Below, piece after piece: positions 10,666-21,915 of a stretch of 64,000 nucleotides of DNA. The notes beneath the pieces are model-generated. The model was not told the DNA's origin. It searched no databases and saw only the letters and a list, made by a program, of their open reading frames with translations. This DNA is from Savitreella phatthalungensis. Its lineage: Eukaryota. Position 1 is the first letter of the stretch. Each line of letters opens with the position of its first letter. Position numbers and translations under genes: made by a program. Where the stretch lies: NCBI GenBank assembly GCA_051599415.1, contig AP039694.1, forward strand, positions 372,001 through 436,000. The letters run 5' to 3'.

Positions 10666-11520
10666 TTATGCACCACGCTCGAAGCGAGCAACAAGCGATC
10701 GCGCCTGGAGCAGTACCGGCGCATCGATCATCTTGCCCTCAAACTCGAACGCCCCCCTTGTCTCTGTCTGTGCGTGCTGGAGAAGCCTGTGTGCCCAGTC
10801 GAGCCTGTCTTGCGCCGGAGAGAATGCCTTGTTGACGGTTTCGACCTGGTTCGGGTGAATACACTGCTTGCCTGTGTACCCAAACCCTGCGCCTTCGTGA
10901 GCCTCCCTCTCTAGCACCTCCCCTCCGCCCCCACCGAGCGCCGTGCACACGAGATCGATTGCATCCAGGCCGGCAGCCCTGGCGTGTGTGACCACCGCCT
11001 GCCTCGCATACATGAGCTCGATGAGTGACGGTGTCCTTGTGACGCCGGCGTCGGCGCAGTAATCCTCGGCTGCAAACACAAGCCCACTCAACTGCGCGTG
11101 CGCCCCTGCAATCTCCCTCAGCCCGACCACCGCACCAGCACTCTCCACCAGCGCAATCACCGATACCCCGCGACCCACGTGCTCACACAACCATCGCACG
11201 TCCGCAGCGCTACACACCTTCGGCAGCATGATCGCGTCCACCTCGGCATCTGCAAGGACAGCGAGGTCCTCGATCGTCAGACCGGTATGCCGTGCGTTGA
11301 CGCGAAGGATGCGTTCCTGGCGCGAGGCCGGGTTGGATGGGAGGGATTTCAGGTGTGAGCGGACGAGTTGGCGAGCGAGAGGTTTGTCAGCGAGCGAGAC
11401 GCTGTCTTCCAAATCGAAGATCAGCGAGTCCGCGCGAGAGAACGACCTAGACTTGTCCAGCATCTTCTGAGAAGAGCCAGGGATGTAGAGCAGCGACCGT
11501 CGGAGGAACTTGGTCGCCAT
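10666..11520 (-). CDS. Citrate lyase beta-subunit-like (CitE/CLYBL; HpcH/HpaI) lyase
   Basis: RRSLLYIPG, DLEDSV, FAAEDYCAD, GYTGKQCIHPNQV and GKMIDAP motifs. Confidence 0.92.
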   Translation of the reverse strand: MATKFLRRSLLYIPGSSQKMLDKSRSFSRADSLIFDLEDSVSLADKPLARQLVRSHLKSLPSNPASRQERILRVNARHTGLTIEDLAVLADAEVDAIMLPKVCSAADVRWLCEHVGRGVSVIALVESAGAVVGLREIAGAHAQLSGLVFAAEDYCADAGVTRTPSLIELMYARQAVVTHARAAGLDAIDLVCTALGGGGGEVLEREAHEGAGFGYTGKQCIHPNQVETVNKAFSPAQDRLDWAHRLLQHAQTETRGAFEFEGKMIDAPVLLQARSLVARFERGA

Positions 11521-11755
11521 GGTCGGCGCCCAGCGTCAATCGGAATGAGAGGTGTGGTCTTTCTGGACTGCTGTTGCAGTGATTCATGACAATTGTGGGG
11601 TGGAGGGAAAACGCGGGATGGAGTCAAAAGAACATTAGGAACGGTTTCATTGGAGATAGACATGACTACGTACGTGAATACCTTCGTGCGGTATATTGAG
11701 GTCGTTAGATTGATTGTCGTGGCGTCGAACGATGCGGAAAACCAGATGAGTGAGG

Positions 11756-13081
11756 TCATTGAAAGCGCCAGGTGTTGCTTGACTCATCGAAGAAGATGAC
11801 GCTGTCTGGGCGCTGGTAGAGTTCTGCTGTGTGCTTGGGTGCACGGATGTGGAGGGGCTCAAGGCGGTCGCCGTGAAGGCTCTGCAGCGCAGCGATGTCC
11901 TTTAGACTGTAGCGGCGATCCTTGTCGAATTGCAGCTTGCTCGAGAGCGAGTCGCCCTTGAGACGCAAATTCGAAGCGATGCTGTCGGTCGCCCGATGAC
12001 TGTAATTGACTGTCGTGCCAGACAGCTGTCTCCGCACGCAGGGAGTCAGTGGTCGTGGATACATCTGGCCGGATGCTTGAGAATGCGCTAGCCGCGAAAG
12101 AGGTCTCGGAAGACGCATCGCGAATGCGCCGGGAGCAACCGTGTCTGGCAGGGATGCACGGCGATCAATGTCGTCCGGAACAGCGGTATCAGCTGGAGAA
12201 CAAGGAGCGGAGTGGATCTCAGGCGTAGCGCCCTCGACTACATTCTCGAGCCACAGCTCTGTCGTCAATTTGTTGCGACGCTCTGCAATCGATCGCGTGT
12301 CAAATCCATGACAGTCGAGATTGACAGACCAGCTCGAACGCGCTTCGTCCAACTCCTCTTCAGATGAGCTTGAAATGACTGACTCTGCGTCGTTTGAGGG
12401 ATCAGGCGCTGCGTGTGCTTTGTATAATTCGAACGTGCTCCCTGAGCCCATCGTCAGCAATTTCCGCGCTGAGGAATGCTCGAGACTGCTGACTGCATCG
12501 ACAGGTGTGCCAATAGGTGGCCCTTCATTGTCAGCGTCATCATTATCGACAGGGGCATCGCCGAAGATCGAGGCCTCCTCATCAGAATCCATACCGGACT
12601 CAAGGTATCTCTGTGTTCGCTCATCTCTTGCTTGGGAGATACGACGAACGAGGGACAGCATGACACGCAGAATGTCGGAGAACTCACCGATATGCGTGGA
12701 GAGCATCATGGACAGCTCGTCGACTGTGGATGGCATCACCGCCTTCCCTGCTACGCGTCGAATGGCAAGGTGGATGGCGTCGGCTGATGCGCACAGACCC
12801 TCGAGCAGTGACGTGGCGAGGACTTGAGGCCGGATCCTCCGATCTTTGAGAGCGTTCAACTCGCCGACGAGATTGGCGAGCGTGATGCTGCTATTACGGT
12901 CGATGAGTTGTACGCATAATGGCTCTTTCAGACTGTCGAGCCAAGCCTGGCCGAGCATGAGAGCTGAAGCAAGCTTAGAGATGCGTTGCAGCAGTCGCTT
13001 TGCGTGCAGTCGCGATTCTGGCACCGACTTCGTACTCAGGCAGAAGCCTTTGTATGGCGGCATGGAGACCATTTCGACCAT
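11756..13081 (-). CDS. Hypothetical protein (helical N-terminal half, acidic/Ser-rich tail); 5' end uncertain
   Basis: 441-aa ORF. The frame stays open a further ~53 codons upstream to a TAG at 13241-13243, which could be a splice acceptor. Confidence 0.6.
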   Translation of the reverse strand: MVEMVSMPPYKGFCLSTKSVPESRLHAKRLLQRISKLASALMLGQAWLDSLKEPLCVQLIDRNSSITLANLVGELNALKDRRIRPQVLATSLLEGLCASADAIHLAIRRVAGKAVMPSTVDELSMMLSTHIGEFSDILRVMLSLVRRISQARDERTQRYLESGMDSDEEASIFGDAPVDNDDADNEGPPIGTPVDAVSSLEHSSARKLLTMGSGSTFELYKAHAAPDPSNDAESVISSSSEEELDEARSSWSVNLDCHGFDTRSIAERRNKLTTELWLENVVEGATPEIHSAPCSPADTAVPDDIDRRASLPDTVAPGAFAMRLPRPLSRLAHSQASGQMYPRPLTPCVRRQLSGTTVNYSHRATDSIASNLRLKGDSLSSKLQFDKDRRYSLKDIAALQSLHGDRLEPLHIRAPKHTAELYQRPDSVIFFDESSNTWRFQ

Positions 13082-15231
13082 GTCGTCGACAGTCGTTGAA
13101 CCAACAGTTATTCTCGTACACTTGAGATGAGCGGGACCATTGGACTTTTGTACGCAAAGACGAGCGTGACGGTCAGGGGTCGGTGCTCGGACGACCCCAA
13201 AGTCTGGGGGAAGCCTTCTCTGATATCTTCGGTCGATGCGCTATATTGAGAAAAGTCTGGTTGAATGGAACATGTTCATGAAGACGCGCCGAGATGGAGG
13301 CGGCCACTTTGATTGGCCAATTGATGTCTCTGTGTCGAGACTGGGAAGGGTATTTTACTAAGATCATCGTCGTGCTTCATACAATGTAAAAGCTGGTCGA
13401 ATAGTGCCAAGGGGTCCAATGCGCTTGTGCAGAAGAACTTGGAGAGCGAAAGTGCTTGCCCTGGACAACATTGGACTGAGCAGACTTTCCTGGCAACTGC
13501 TTTAACACCGGCGAAGACTTGGAACTCGATTGACAGGGCCACGGCAGAATCCGACCTCGCAAACCGGCTTCTTGACTGGATCCAACTGTGAGGCTAAATC
13601 ACAAGTTTGCCGCGGAACAGTAGGGGTGCTCAAATGTCTTGTTCATGACGGGAAGATCCGAGTCTTTGTGTTATTGAACAAGCTCCCGGGGGAGAATGCG
13701 TCAGCAGAGGAGCTTGTGATTGCCTGCAACGATAAGAAGAAGCAATCTTGGAGACTTTCTCGCTCTTGCATGTGGAGGTCTGTGTAGATGTGTGGAGGGA
13801 CATGAGGGAGTTGTGCCGATAGGCGCCAGTTCGAGAATCGGCGATGAGAGACTACTGAGTCTGATGGTAAGCGAGAAGATTTGTTCCGAGGAAGACAAGG
13901 AAGCTCAGGAACCTGAAGACTTGGAAGCCTTCTGATAGCCTGAGGACGTTGCTGTGTAAGGCAGGGCCGGGTTGTGGCTGAGGGGGCGCCGCCTCAAAGT
14001 GCGGATAGCACGTAAAATTGGAAACCTTAAAGTGCTTTCGAAATTCGCCAAAGCGAGTTCAATTCGAATTGATTTGGGAGAATGCAGCCTGGCATCGATC
14101 CAGCAACAGATATCAGATATGGGCAGGAACGTCCGAAGACATCGAGTCAGGTTCTATTGACTTGACCTGAACTTGGTCAAGGCTGGAGGCGCCCCCTAAG
14201 ACCGTATGGTCCCCCACCTGAGAGTGCCCTTGCAGACGCTAGAACCATGGTGTAGAAGCAGTAACAATGATAGTGGCATAAGCACGGACTCATGCCTTTT
14301 CACCCAGTCCTGATTTGACTTTGTCTGGCTTCATACAGTCGCCCTTATATGAAGACCTTGATCCGAGATACAAGTATTGAAGTCGCGTGCAGACGGGATG
14401 TAAAAGATCGACAGAATATCAGTCTGATCCTCGTATTTCGCTGGTGTGATTGTCCTCGAAGTCACATTCTGACCGTAGAAAGATGCTGAACTTCGTCCCT
14501 TTGTCACCGAAACGCGATCTCGATTGTAGACGATTGTTGACGAAAGGCAATCTTGTCCATTCACCAGAGCTCTATTGATACGGGTAGACTTCCGGAGTTT
14601 AGTGAATGACCGGTGTGTCCGTGCTATACGATGACGTGGACGTCTGTGTCTGTTGAAGTTAAATGGCTCTGAGATGACGTGATAACCGCGTGATAACGAT
14701 CTTCATCATACATGGACCCAATGATGCCACGCAGTCAGAGCGTTTATGGATCAGCATGTCCGGGCAGTATGCAATGACCTCGGACAGTTTCACAGGCATC
14801 CAGAGAATGTCAAACTCATATACGGAAGAGCCAAACTTTCCGTTGCCCAGGATTGACTACTGCCGCTTAGCGACCTCCTCAGATACAATGTCAGCGCTGA
14901 GAGAGACGCGGACTGATGAGTGTGAATATCTCGTGTTGCGTCTGAGCGCCAATCGTCATTGCAGTCATTCACACCGTGACTTCGAGCTACTGGACTGTGC
15001 GCAAGAGACTATTCGATTGAGCACGAGCATCGGATAAAGCGACGTGATTCTCGCTCATCCGTGATTTACATAAAGAGTCACGTGCATGAAATGCGCTGGA
15101 TGTACCAGCAGACAACCACATGCACGATCATAGACTGATCCACACCATCGTGTACAACAATTAGATTGCTATAGATCTTCGAACTTAAGCATCAGTGATA
15201 CTGACGCCCTGTTGGGGGAGCTTTGAAAGGC

Positions 15232-15996
15232 ATGTCACATTCACATGATGGTTTAACATCGCACTCACACGCTCACTCGCACGACCACAGCGCCGGGAAC
15301 GAGCACGGGCACACGCACGAGATCTGGCCGGATGCAGGGTCATTCTTGGGCAGGGAGATGCCTCGACTGGAGAAGCGGAATTTCAAGGAGCGTGCATTCA
15401 CGATCGGGATCGGTGGTCCCGTGGGATCCGGCAAGACCGCGCTAGTGCTGGCACTGTGCCGGCGCTTACACCCATCGTACAACATCGCCGTTGTGACAAA
15501 CGACATCTTCACGCGCGAAGACCAGGAGTTCCTGATCCGTAACGACGCCCTTCCTCGTGAGCGGATCCGTGCTGTAGAGACCGGTTCGTGCCCGCACGCT
15601 GCTATTCGCGAGGACATCTCACAGAATTTGCAGCTACTGGAGGACTTGCAGGCTGAGTTTGGGACAGAGCTGTTGGTCGTCGAGAGCGGTGGCGACAACT
15701 TGGCTGCCAACTACTCTCGCGAGCTTGCCGACTTCATCATCTACGTGATTGACGTCTCTGCGGGCGATAAGATTCCTAGGAAAGGAGGTCCAGGCATTAC
15801 TCAATCCGACCTCCTCATCATCAATAAGACAGATCTCGCACACATCGTCGGCGCCGACCTAGGTGTCATGGAACGTGACGCAGCGAAAATGCGTGAAGGC
15901 GGACCGACCATCTTCGCTCAGGTCAAGAACGGTGTGGGCATGGACGACATTATCAATCTGATCCTCGGAGCCTGGAAATCAATACCAAAACACTAG
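15232..15996 (+). CDS. ureG: Urease accessory GTPase UreG
   Basis: His-rich N-terminus, P-loop [12 protein letters not shown] metal motif, [21 protein letters not shown]. Confidence 0.96.
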   Translation: MSHSHDGLTSHSHAHSHDHSAGNEHGHTHEIWPDAGSFLGREMPRLEKRNFKERAFTIGIGGPVGSGKTALVLALCRRLHPSYNIAVVTNDIFTREDQEFLIRNDALPRERIRAVETGSCPHAAIREDISQNLQLLEDLQAEFGTELLVVESGGDNLAANYSRELADFIIYVIDVSAGDKIPRKGGPGITQSDLLIINKTDLAHIVGADLGVMERDAAKMREGGPTIFAQVKNGVGMDDIINLILGAWKSIPKH

Positions 15997-16110
15997 GCTC
16001 GGACCACGCTCACCCATCGTTGACCAACAATTTAGAAACCTGAGCTACATATGTGCATATGACTATTCTTCTGCTGGCATACCGGATCGCCGGTCTTCGG
16101 CTGTGTGTGT

Positions 16111-16641
16111 CTAGAGCTCCTTGAGCACGTTCTCTGCTGTACTGACAGTCATCCCAGTACCGTCTGGCTCAACGAACAGCTTTGCGACTTTGCCATTGTC
16201 GATGATCGCTGCGAAGCGCTTGCATCGCTTGGACCCTAGGACTTTAGCTGCGTCAAATTCCAAGGCTGCCGCGCGTGTCCATGACCCATCTTGGTCTGCG
16301 TAGAAACTGACATCGTCGGTCATGCCGTCAAAGGTCGCTTGCCAGGCCTTCATCACGAAGACATCATTCACGGCGACCACATCCACCCGCTCCACCCCTT
16401 TCTTCTTCAACTGCGGCAGTGCTGAGATGAACCCGGGGATGTGGCTACTACTGCATGAGGGCGAGTACGCTGCTGGAATACCCACCAAGATCGATCGTCC
16501 GGTCGCCGGAGGGCTGATGAACACCTCGTCCGCAGGAGACGCTTTCCGAACGCTCACTTTCGGCAGCGAGTCGCCCACTGAGAGCAGGCGACGCTGCGAG
16601 CTGCAGGAAGACCGAATGAGCTTCTGACCGTGGCGCAACAT
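16111..16641 (-). CDS. Peroxiredoxin, Prx5/AHP1-like, with putative mitochondrial presequence
   Basis: PAAYSPSCSSSHIPGF (peroxidatic Cys), VNDVFVMKAW, RFAAII..GKV. Confidence 0.9.
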   Translation of the reverse strand: MLRHGQKLIRSSCSSQRRLLSVGDSLPKVSVRKASPADEVFISPPATGRSILVGIPAAYSPSCSSSHIPGFISALPQLKKKGVERVDVVAVNDVFVMKAWQATFDGMTDDVSFYADQDGSWTRAAALEFDAAKVLGSKRCKRFAAIIDNGKVAKLFVEPDGTGMTVSTAENVLKEL

Positions 16642-17020
16642 AGCTTGGTGTGACCTCTTGTGAACCCTTGTCAGGCTTTTGCAGGATTAAAATAACGATT
16701 GACAGGCTGCTAAACACGTCAGACCTGTGGAGCCGTTCGTTGACCAGATCGGGATAGGTTCCATGTCAGACAACAAATTGATCAGGCTGAATTGGCCACT
16801 GACGTCTGACATCGACCCGTCTCGGCGCGTCGTCCATCTTCAACCAAGCCAAACAACGGAGCTCTGAACTATATGTGTTTCTCATATAGCTGTTCACGGG
16901 TGTTTGTACAATGCTTGGCGCTAGCAGTCCATCGTGACGCTGGGCGTCTCGTATCGTTACCGCTTGTGGTGGCGTAGCTCACCTGTGACATGTTCCAGCC
17001 TGCGCGATGGGTGGCATCTG

Positions 17021-17026
17021 TATAAA
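17021..17026 (+). promoter_or_regulatory. Putative TATA box of the small secreted protein gene
   Basis: TATAAA 46 bp upstream of ATG 17067. Confidence 0.4.
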
Positions 17027-17066
17027 TGTACATCTGTGAGACCATGTGTTGGTAGTTCAAGTGACA

Positions 17067-17537
17067 ATGCAATACGGCGTGCTGCTTGTGCTTGTTGTGG
17101 CCGTAGTCAGTGCGCGATGGGTGCCCGGGTACGACCGGCGGTTTGGGAGGATCGAATCACATTCTCTGCTGGGAAAGCGTGATGCCCAAGTCAACCAGGG
17201 TACGCTGCTCCAGCAGCAGCAGCGAGAGGCAGTCGAAAGAGCTCGGCGCGAGGCGGAGCAGCGTGCGAAGGCGCAGGAGGATGCAAATGAGCGCCGACTG
17301 GACGCGTCGACCACCGCGGCAGACCAGCGCGAGCAGCAGCGTGAGCAGATGTCTCGAGAAGGATTGCAGCAGCAGAGGCAGGCGGTTGATCGCCGTGCGG
17401 GCGAGATGCAGCAGGAATTAGAGAGGCAGATCAATTAGCTCCGTCAAGACGGACAGAACAGGATCCAGCAGTATCGCGATCAGGTAGGACGCGAATTACA
17501 AGCTGCAGAGCAGCGTCTCAGTGGCGCAGACGATTAA
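17067..17537 (+). CDS. Small secreted Gln/Glu/Arg-rich coiled-coil protein; in-frame TAG at 17436-17438 followed by 32 more codons to TAA 17535-17537
   Basis: Signal peptide MQYGVLLVLVVAVVSA, dibasic KR site, Q/E/R/A-rich helix whose composition continues past the TAG (LRQDGQNRIQQYRDQVGRELQAAEQRLSGADD). Confidence 0.7.
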
Positions 17538-17594
17538 GGATCGGGAGTGAGATCATGATGGATATGTCTTCGTGGCAGCTATGAACTTTTGGCT

Positions 17595-18200
17595 TTACTG
17601 CTTGTAGTCGAATCGGACGTAGTGTGCGGGACAGTGGTATCCGGATGGGTTGTTGTCTAGGTACTGCTGGTGGTAGCCCTCTGCTGTGAACCACTTGAAC
17701 TGACGGCCGTCAGCAATCTGCGTCGTGATCGATTGACCTTTGAAGTGCTTGTCCTGGACTTCCTTTGTCACACGTTCTGCCACTTCCTTCTGCTCATCGC
17801 TCAGGTAGAAGATGGCGGAACGGTATTGTGTACCGCGGTCATTGCCCTGCTGGTTCAGTGTCGTAGGGTCGTGCATGGCGTAATGGAACTTTGTCAGACG
17901 CTCGTACGAAACCTGTGAAGGGTCGAAGACGACCTTCAGCGATTCTGCGTGGTCCGTGTCGCCACCGCATACCTGCCTGTACGATGGATTGTCTGTCTTG
18001 CCGCCAATGTATCCCACCTCTGCGGACAGTAAGCCCTTGCCGGCAAAGTGCTTCTTGAATAACTGTTCCGTTCCCCAGAAGCAACCATTGGCGAAGATGG
18101 CGACCTCCTGACCAGCGCCTGCTGTCGCGGAAGGGACGACGCCCGCAACTACGCCGGAGCTACTGAAGTGTCGTGCGACGTTCTTGAAGAGAGAGGTCAT
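17595..18200 (-). CDS. msrA: Peptide methionine sulfoxide reductase MsrA
   Basis: GCFWG active site, HDPTTLNQQGNDRGTQYRSAIF, AEGYHQQYL. Confidence 0.96.
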   Translation of the reverse strand: MTSLFKNVARHFSSSGVVAGVVPSATAGAGQEVAIFANGCFWGTEQLFKKHFAGKGLLSAEVGYIGGKTDNPSYRQVCGGDTDHAESLKVVFDPSQVSYERLTKFHYAMHDPTTLNQQGNDRGTQYRSAIFYLSDEQKEVAERVTKEVQDKHFKGQSITTQIADGRQFKWFTAEGYHQQYLDNNPSGYHCPAHYVRFDYKQ

Positions 18201-18666
18201 GTTGGCGAGTGTAGTAAAGAGGATGAGGAGGAGAAGTAATCTGAATAGACGTGAATCCAGATTGTGTGTCCTAATATATATGTCTATGGATGGTTCTGTA
18301 TACTGGTGGGTTTATGAAGACGATGATGGCGTAATGATCGAGATTGATCCACCGCATAAAATTGTGTGAAGCTGAAGACCGTGCACAGCTACGTGAATAG
18401 TCAAACACGTGAATGTACTCGCACAGTGGCAAATTGGGCAAACCCATCGCTCCAATATACAGAACGCTGACAAAGTCATGGATTTTGGAGGTCATGGCTA
18501 ATTCCTTAATTTGGCGCCTCGACGATCTGCTTAGCATGGCTAGAAGTCCCTGCCATGGACTGCAAGTATCAGGCATGCTCCATCAGGTCCAAACATTTGT
18601 GAACGCCTTCGTTACTATACGTGTGCTCAGCACTCTCCCAAGGACTACTGTGAATATCGCCTTTAC

Positions 18667-19866
18667 TCATAGTGTGAAGAGCAAGTTGACATCGAGTGGA
18701 TGACAGCATGAGAGCTGTGGCTTTTGACTGTAGCCGCCCTGATTCATCTCGTCGCGAACAGTGTTAAGGAGTTGTAGGTATGACTGCTGCGGATATTTTA
18801 GCAAAGCATTCCGGAAAGCGAAGGACATAGCTCCTTGACCCTGTCCAGCGATGGAAGCGTCTGCTGATGTCTGTGTGTCTTTGCATCCTGTAAAACAGAT
18901 GACGTCAGCAGGAGCAGTCTTCATCTGTTTCACCATTTCCTGGTTTCCGTTGCCCGAGCGGGTCACTCGGTTGAACAGACCGCCGGCGCCTGAGATGAGA
19001 CCTCCAATATCGTTACGCAAGTATGCCTGACCGATATTCATCAGACCCGAACCGGCGTCCTTGAGCAAATTCGGCTCCTTCAGCACGCCCTTTGTCGAGT
19101 ACATGTACGGGAGATCCATGATACTGCCACTGTGGCAGCAGTCAAAGACTGCCGTCAGACGGCATCCTGGAGGCAACGACTTGACGCAGATGTCATGAAT
19201 GATGTCGTCGACCAAGTGACCCGGGTTCGTGCGCTCGTAATCGACTGGGTAAATACATTCGTCGTAACCATCGTCTTCGTCCCCATCCAGATCCTCCGTG
19301 CGACCACCGTGGCCAGAATAATGGAGGAAGAGGTTGTCTCCCGGCTGCGCACCGGCAACGAGCCACTGCATTGCATTGATGATGTTGTCGCGCGTTGGGA
19401 TTGCGCGGGGTGCAGACTGGTCATCTGTCAGGATTACCATGTCGTCTTGCCTGAAGCCATAACGCTGGCTCAAGAACTGTACCATGTTGTGGACGTCATT
19501 GATGCAGCCGCGCAATTCGCTCTTGGTTCCGAAGTAGTTGATACCAATCAGAAGTGCCTTCTTCTGGCCGTGCAAATCGGAGTACTGGAAATTCATGCCA
19601 TTAACGCCAAAGCTCTGGTAGCCCTGCGGCGGCGGAGGAGCCTGTGAGTATCCCTGCTGTTGCTGCTGCTGCACAATCTGAGGATTTGAAGGGCCATTGT
19701 AGTTTGGTCTGTTGTCCCAATTCGGCGGTGGACCTTGCGGTGCGCCGAAGCTGTTCTGATTTGGATTGTATCCACCCTGACCTGGCTGCTCATACACTGG
19801 TCTACCATAGTCACCCGGTGCAGGACGGCCATACTGGTCTTGCTGATACCCGCCGTTGTAGCTCAT
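18667..19866 (-). CDS. MCA1: Metacaspase (type I) with Q/P/G/Y-rich prodomain
   Basis: KKALLIGINY, HYSGHG (catalytic His), FDCCHSG (catalytic Cys). Confidence 0.96.
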   Translation of the reverse strand: MSYNGGYQQDQYGRPAPGDYGRPVYEQPGQGGYNPNQNSFGAPQGPPPNWDNRPNYNGPSNPQIVQQQQQQGYSQAPPPPQGYQSFGVNGMNFQYSDLHGQKKALLIGINYFGTKSELRGCINDVHNMVQFLSQRYGFRQDDMVILTDDQSAPRAIPTRDNIINAMQWLVAGAQPGDNLFLHYSGHGGRTEDLDGDEDDGYDECIYPVDYERTNPGHLVDDIIHDICVKSLPPGCRLTAVFDCCHSGSIMDLPYMYSTKGVLKEPNLLKDAGSGLMNIGQAYLRNDIGGLISGAGGLFNRVTRSGNGNQEMVKQMKTAPADVICFTGCKDTQTSADASIAGQGQGAMSFAFRNALLKYPQQSYLQLLNTVRDEMNQGGYSQKPQLSCCHPLDVNLLFTL

Positions 19867-20643
19867 GTTCGATTGCGTTCGCCTAGATGAGTGTGAAGGA
19901 CAATGAAGCGAACAATCTAGTTGGTATCAGACGATGGCGCAGTCTATTCAACGTTGCAAGGAGCGTCTTATCTGCAACGCTGATGCTGTGAGACACCTAG
20001 TGAAGGCAATCTGTGTCAGAGGTAGTCAAGTATATCAAGCAGTGATCAGTGGCTGTCTGAGGGGGGAATGACGCTTGGCTAGTCCTGATGAATATATTGG
20101 TCTGCACTTTGCGGTCTGAGAATGCTCAAAGTTAAACAAATACTTTAAACACCATACAGGCTGAGATGATCTGCAGCTGTGATTTGGACAGAGTTACGAT
20201 CCATTCAGCTCAGCAATATGCATGCGGTGACAAGCTCCACTCAAATAGATCTGAAATTTGACTCGGGGGATTTAAATCAATTCGATTGACTTATTCATTC
20301 AAATATATCAATCAATCAATTGTAATTACCGTCGAGTCTATGAAACCAATTGTGAAGACTCACGTGCAGATCAAACTATGCATAGGAGGAGCACGTGGTG
20401 ATATCACTATTGCGTGCGAGCGCCAGCCTGGTCATCTCTTCTGTCACACATTCCTCTTCATCAAAGCTCATCAGAGCGTCAAATGAACACCCAGACAGAC
20501 CTCTCTGGAGCGACATCTTAGCTGCGTTGAGCCTTTTCTTTACAGAGTAGATTGACCGGATAGACTCGATAATCCTGGCCTGTCTCAGGCATATCAAACT
20601 TGTCAATAGCTGTACAATAATCTCCAGACCACTCACACGCACA

Positions 20644-21915
20644 ATGTCGACAGCTTTCAAGGCAAGTGATCGCATCAGTAAGGAGCTGCAGAGACAGGAT
20701 GTCTGGTCAATGGTCAATGGTGCAGCTGCAGAACTCAAATCTCCGCCGGCGAATCTGGGTCAAGGCTTCATGGACTTTGCACCACCACACTGGCTGACGG
20801 AAGCTGCGAAAGGCTGCTTCGATAGTGTCGCCACGAATCAATACAGCCCGACAAGAGGACGACCACGGTTGATGGAAGCAATCGCAAAGGCATATTCACC
20901 ATTGTACAAGCGTCAAATTGACCCGAAATCGGAGATTGTCATCACTGCGGGAGCCAACGAGGGTTTCTACAGTGCATTTGCTGGATTGCTCGACAAGGGG
21001 GACGAGGTCATCGTCATGGAACCATTCTTTGACCAGTACATCTCCAACATTGAATTCAATGGCGGTGTGGTCAAGTACGTCCGAATCAAACCACCGAAGG
21101 ATGCAGGAGAGCGTAATGTATCGTCACGTGACTGGAAGCTCGACCTGGACGACCTCCGTGCAGCAATCACACCACGCACAAAGATTCTCATGCTCAATAC
21201 ACCACACAATCCGATCGGCAAGATCTTTGACGAGTCAGAACTTCGTGCAATCGGCGATATCGCAATCGAGCACAATCTGATTGTCCTCTCGGATGAGGTG
21301 TATGATCGACTGGACTACAGTCCTCAGGTCAGACTAGCAAGTCTATCGGATGAGCTTGCGAAACGGACGATCACGATTGGGTCAGCTGGAAAGACATTTG
21401 GATGCACTGGTTGGCGAGTAGGATGGCTGATCGGGCCAAGCGATCTGATCAGGTATGCTGCAGCTGCACACACACGTATCTGCTTTGTCGCCAACTCACC
21501 GTTGCAGGAGGCCACGGCGATCGCGTTCGAGCGCGCACAAGAAGAGAACTACTATGCAGGCACGGTCGAAGCATACAAGCGCCGTCTCAGGATTCTCTGT
21601 GACACATTTGACGACCTCGGGTTGCCATATACCATCCCTGACGGCTCGTACTTTCTCCTTGTCCACTTTGGCAAGGTCAAGATCCCAGACCCGTTCGTCA
21701 AGGACGTGCCAGCAACTGTGACTGAAGGTCGAGCAAAGGACTTTCTGTTATGTTATTTCCTGTTGAAAGAGCTAGGTGTCGTCTCTATCCCACCGACAGA
21801 ATTCTGTACGACCCCGGACCTCGAGGACTACCTGCGATTTGCCTTCTGCAAGACCGAGGAGACTCTCCTGCTTGCCAAGGAAAAGCTGCAAGGTCTACGC
21901 CAATACATTCAATAG
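20644..21915 (+). CDS. BNA3: Kynurenine/glutamine aminotransferase (class I/II PLP), BNA3-like
   Basis: NLGQGF, NTPHNPIGK, SDEVY, SAGKTFGCTGWRVGW (PLP lysine), LRFAFCK. Confidence 0.88.
   Translation: MSTAFKASDRISKELQRQDVWSMVNGAAAELKSPPANLGQGFMDFAPPHWLTEAAKGCFDSVATNQYSPTRGRPRLMEAIAKAYSPLYKRQIDPKSEIVITAGANEGFYSAFAGLLDKGDEVIVMEPFFDQYISNIEFNGGVVKYVRIKPPKDAGERNVSSRDWKLDLDDLRAAITPRTKILMLNTPHNPIGKIFDESELRAIGDIAIEHNLIVLSDEVYDRLDYSPQVRLASLSDELAKRTITIGSAGKTFGCTGWRVGWLIGPSDLIRYAAAAHTRICFVANSPLQEATAIAFERAQEENYYAGTVEAYKRRLRILCDTFDDLGLPYTIPDGSYFLLVHFGKVKIPDPFVKDVPATVTEGRAKDFLLCYFLLKELGVVSIPPTEFCTTPDLEDYLRFAFCKTEETLLLAKEKLQGLRQYIQ

Noticed and set aside
1..11520. CoA-transferase III plus CitE-like lyase as an itaconate-degradation cluster
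   Set aside because: They are about 10 kb apart with six unrelated genes between them, and no itaconyl-CoA hydratase is seen in the window.
17067..17200. Secreted protein with RR/KR sites as an alpha-factor or P-factor-type pheromone precursor
   Set aside because: There are no repeated peptide units between dibasic sites, and most of the protein is a coiled coil.
17057..17434. Minus-strand ORF ending in CaaX-like CIVT
   Set aside because: It is the antisense shadow of the secreted coiled-coil gene; its Cys/Ser richness mirrors the CAG/GAG codons on the other strand.
17436..17438. Alternative genetic code with TAG reassigned
   Set aside because: Several conserved genes here (e.g. UreG, peroxiredoxin, GOR1-like) end at TAG at the expected length.
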